From the IMG/VR virus record IMGVR_UViG_2778261541_000006, positions 1 to 60,273 of that record: DNA of 60,273 nt; one strand, written 5' to 3'. Under the pieces are notes generated by a model. It saw nothing but the letters and a program-made list of their open reading frames with translations. It had not been told where the DNA came from and did no database searches. This document shows positions 57,402-60,273 of this stretch, piece after piece (position 1 is the stretch's first letter; every line of letters starts with the position of its first letter). Made by a program: the position numbers and the translations under genes. This DNA is from a virus. Lineage: Duplodnaviria; Heunggongvirae; Uroviricota; Caudoviricetes.

Positions 57402-58229
57402 TTATTTCACCGGAACAAACGGAACAGCGGTATTACTGGTCATATACTGCGGTAATGTACCGTTCCATTTGTTGATCGCTTCCAACTCCATAACACCGGG
57501 GTTCTGGCGCAGAGCTTCACCACGTAAACGAATGGCATCAGCTTCGGCCTGGGCTTTTGTGCGAATAGCATCAGCCTGTCCGGCAGCTTCCGCGCGCAGC
57601 ATGTTGGCCTCTGCTTCACGTTGTTTGACCTCTTGCTCGCGTTGCAGGGTTTTTTGGTTTGCCGTGACTTTGGCGTTAATACTGTCAATAACTGTTGGCG
57701 GGTATTCTGGCTTACCTACATAAGAGAGGCTCATCACCTGAATGCCGATTGGCGTCATTTCTTCCTGAATGTCTTTAAGGGCTGCATCAAGCAATTCAGA
57801 TTTGCCACCGTCGATAAATTTGTCGGTGGTCATTTTGCTGGCTAACCGGTTCAGAGCATCTGCAACCTTCTGGCGTAGATCGGTATCAGTAATATCATCT
57901 ACACCTTTGCGATAGGTCTGAAATACCGTTGTGACTTTTGCTGGATCAACCTTGTAGGCTACGCCGATGTGGTAACCAATGGTTGTTCCGTCGCTCATCT
58001 GGAAGCTGAACGGCTCATCGTATGTCTTCATTTGCTTAAAGGTCGGGAAGATATAAACTTCAGTATTCAAGCCTGTCCAGTAGCGACCAACGCCAACTAC
58101 TTCACCGATACCTTTATCATCCCCCAGCTTATTTACTTTGATCCCTACGTTACCTGGCTCTACCCGATCGCATCCGGTCAGACATAAAGAACCCAAAATA
58201 ATCGCTGCACTAATCAACGTTTTTTTCAT
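57402..58229 (-). CDS. plp: SPFH/band-7 lipoprotein Plp
   Basis: 275-aa ORF with lipoprotein signal (LISAAIILGSLCLTGC) and SPFH-like coiled-coil C-terminus. Confidence 0.65.
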   Translation of the reverse strand: MKKTLISAAIILGSLCLTGCDRVEPGNVGIKVNKLGDDKGIGEVVGVGRYWTGLNTEVYIFPTFKQMKTYDEPFSFQMSDGTTIGYHIGVAYKVDPAKVTTVFQTYRKGVDDITDTDLRQKVADALNRLASKMTTDKFIDGGKSELLDAALKDIQEEMTPIGIQVMSLSYVGKPEYPPTVIDSINAKVTANQKTLQREQEVKQREAEANMLRAEAAGQADAIRTKAQAEADAIRLRGEALRQNPGVMELEAINKWNGTLPQYMTSNTAVPFVPVK

Positions 58230-58446
58230 TAATTAATTTCCTGGTTTTTTCACGAAAAAAGACTACTGCGAAAGCCGGGTAAATGAGCGCGAGAAGGACT
58301 CCCAACAATACAAGTATTGTGCTGTTAGATGAGATCATATTTGGCAAAAGCCAAACATACAGAACCAGTGACACAATCAAACAGAGGACGGCATAAATAT
58401 ATAACCGCACCCATAGCGTTCGACATTTGTTCGGATTGTTCTGCAT
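58210..58446 (-). CDS. upl: small membrane protein upstream of plp (Upl)
   Basis: 78-aa ORF with two hydrophobic helices, overlapping plp start. Confidence 0.4.
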   Translation of the reverse strand: MQNNPNKCRTLWVRLYIYAVLCLIVSLVLYVWLLPNMISSNSTILVLLGVLLALIYPAFAVVFFREKTRKLINEKNVD

Positions 58447-59099
58447 CCTCTCACTCCATTATTTAACGAATAAAAAAACTGCGGTGCCGGGTGCCTCCCG
58501 GTGTCCTTTGGCTGGTTATCCACCGTGGACGGGGAAACAAGGAGAAATGAATGGACTGATATAACCATTTCCCCGCGTGCGCTTAGCCGCATTCACCGCA
58601 ACGGAAAGAGCATTCTTGGTGGACCTGTAGATTGGGATATGAACCCGTTACAGGAGAATGCTCTTACCTGTTACGTGCTCCGTTTCGTGGAGCTAACGGC
58701 GGGTGATCGGGCCGCACCAGGCTGGACTTATTTCAGCGTTATGCTCATGCCAGAGAATCAAACTGTGATGGTCGGTGCTGAACTCCGACACAGGGTTGTA
58801 GCAAGCCCCGCAAAGCGCGCACTACTGTAGTTGCGGCACATCAGCCTGTGCATTCACCACAATGTTGAGAACACTGGTTGTCACGCTGCAACGCAACATT
58901 TATTCATAGATTGGGATATGACCCCGTTACGCCAGTGTTCTCAACGTTGTAGTGCCGGTTACGGTTCCGGCCAGGCCTCTTCCTCAACGGGTTGTTCTCC
59001 ATACGGACTACCGTTTATTGGTCGTTCCTGCGGTTTATGTTGTGAAGCCAGATGCTTATCTTCTGGTTGCTTCAAAGAGCTGCACTTCATCACAACGGT

Positions 59100-59170
59100 A
59101 AGGGTACTTCGTAGGGATTCGAACCCTCTGCCAAGCTCGGCGATCTCCGACGTCGCAAAATACCCTTACC
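59100..59170 (-). other. degenerate tRNA-like element
   Basis: 10-bp terminal stem (GGTAAGGGTA / TACCCTTACC) and a T-arm-like AGGGTTCGAATCCCT, but no D-arm, anticodon arm or CCA. Confidence 0.25.
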
Positions 59171-59178
59171 TGTTGTGC

Positions 59179-59254
59179 TGGTGCCGATTAACGGACTCGA
59201 ACCGCTGACATCCTGCTTACAAGGCAGGCGCTCTACCAACTGAGCTAAACCGGC
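59179..59254 (-). tRNA. tRNA-Thr (UGU)
   Basis: Minus-strand 76-nt cloverleaf GCCGGTT-TAGCTCAGTTGGTAGAGC-CCTGC-CTTGTAA-GCAGG-...-GGTTCGAGTCC-...-CCA. Confidence 0.85.
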
Positions 59255-59256
59255 AT

Positions 59257-59332
59257 TGGCGATGGTGGATGGATTTGAACCATCGACCCGTTGATTAACA
59301 GTCAACCGCTCTAACCGCTGAGCTACACCATC
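59257..59332 (-). tRNA. tRNA-Asn (GUU)
   Basis: Minus-strand 76-nt cloverleaf GATGGTG-TAGCTCAGCGGTTAGAGC-GGTTGA-CTGTTAA-TCAAC-...-GGTTCAAATCC-...-G-CCA. Confidence 0.85.
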
Positions 59333-59989
59333 ACTTGCCGGGTACGTCTCCGGCGAGGGCTTCCACCTCCGTATGCTTTTCGGCGCACCGCGCCCTGGCT
59401 GCAATTCGGTAACAGGGGATGCATAACCCTGGCTTCCAGCGTGATTAGCGCTTTCAGCATGACGGGATATACCCGTAAATTCGTGGAACTGTACCCAAAG
59501 TGCTGTTAAGCACCGCTGTTACGCTGAAAAGAAGACGCAACAGGAAAGGACGCTGACCAACAGATGGCCCCTTCTCGTTCATCTGGTTAATCACACCAGC
59601 GCCCTTACCTGTTGTGCCTCCCCGCTCCCTAATACACAGACGGGGACACTCTGCGGTCGATTTTTTGACGGGGGACGACTCATACCCCGTGGCGTCTGGC
59701 TTCTTAGGCCGCTACCATCATCAGATCATCGTTTGCATTTACTTTAATGGTCAGTTTCTAAACCGCCGCAAAGTCGCTAACCATGACGAAAACCCTGAAA
59801 AAAACGCCCACCCGAAGATGGGCAAACTGGAAGCTCGTAACGCACTTCGGTGTTGCCACTTAGGCGTATGGTCAACCTGGCAACTCGGCGTCATGAGGGG
59901 GAAGGAGTCACTACCCCGCCATACTTGCCGCCGCGCCTGTCGCGGCTAACAGCTAAATCGCTCTATAAATCACGATTCATTGAGGCGAT

Positions 59990-60017
59990 ATTACACTAAT
60001 AAATTTATTAGAGCAAT
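59990..60017. promoter_or_regulatory. overlapping C1 operator pair
   Basis: ATTACACTAATAAATTT (degenerate) overlapping AAATTTATTAGAGCAAT (perfect reverse consensus). Confidence 0.5.
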
Positions 60018-60176
60018 ATTGCTATAACGTCATGAGCAACACCACGAGTGTCTCCCTTACAAGACACAGAACGTCTGGCAAAAAGAGGTTCCACTCTGAA
60101 GCCACTGTCCTGATAAAGTTCTCTGATGTTTGGCGCGCCACTGTTAGTAATGAGAACCTTTGCACCTCGGCGATGA

Positions 60177-60273
<97 letters not shown>

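Noticed and set aside
59090-59404. 104-aa minus-strand ORF
   Set aside because: It runs straight through two tRNA genes and the tRNA-like element; judged a spurious ORF.

Overview
This window is a contiguous segment of a P1-like temperate phage-plasmid (Enterobacteriaceae), in reverse orientation relative to the usual P1 map. P1 backbone genes I recognise from the translations: lysis and Dar antirestriction genes (lydA/lydB, hdf, darA, ddrA, ddrB, darB, ulx, lxc), ssb, a frameshifted SAR endolysin lyz, head protease and portal, the immC core (coi, c1) next to loxP and cre, the terminase pacA/pacB with the pac site, lpa, the phd-doc addiction module, ban helicase, plp/upl and three tRNAs. At least 13 copies of the C1 operator motif ATTGCTCTAATAAATTT sit at promoter regions across the window. 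Against this backbone there are several cargo insertions that canonical P1 lacks as far as I recall: (1) an AT-rich SIR2-domain gene where P1 carries its res/mod restriction genes; (2) an AT-rich island with a Dgt-like dGTPase; (3) a complete EcoR124-family type IC restriction-modification system (hsdM, hsdS, hsdR) beside phd/doc, with a 3x TAEL repeat in hsdS; (4) an IS200/IS605-family tnpB-only element; (5) two diverged, inverted icd-ant-like antirepressor modules flanking cre-loxP-coi-c1. The SIR2 gene and the inverted antirepressor pair are the best candidates for something undescribed. All assignments rest on reading the sequence and on recalled protein families; no database search was run, and my manual coordinates for non-ORF features may be off by 1-2 bp.
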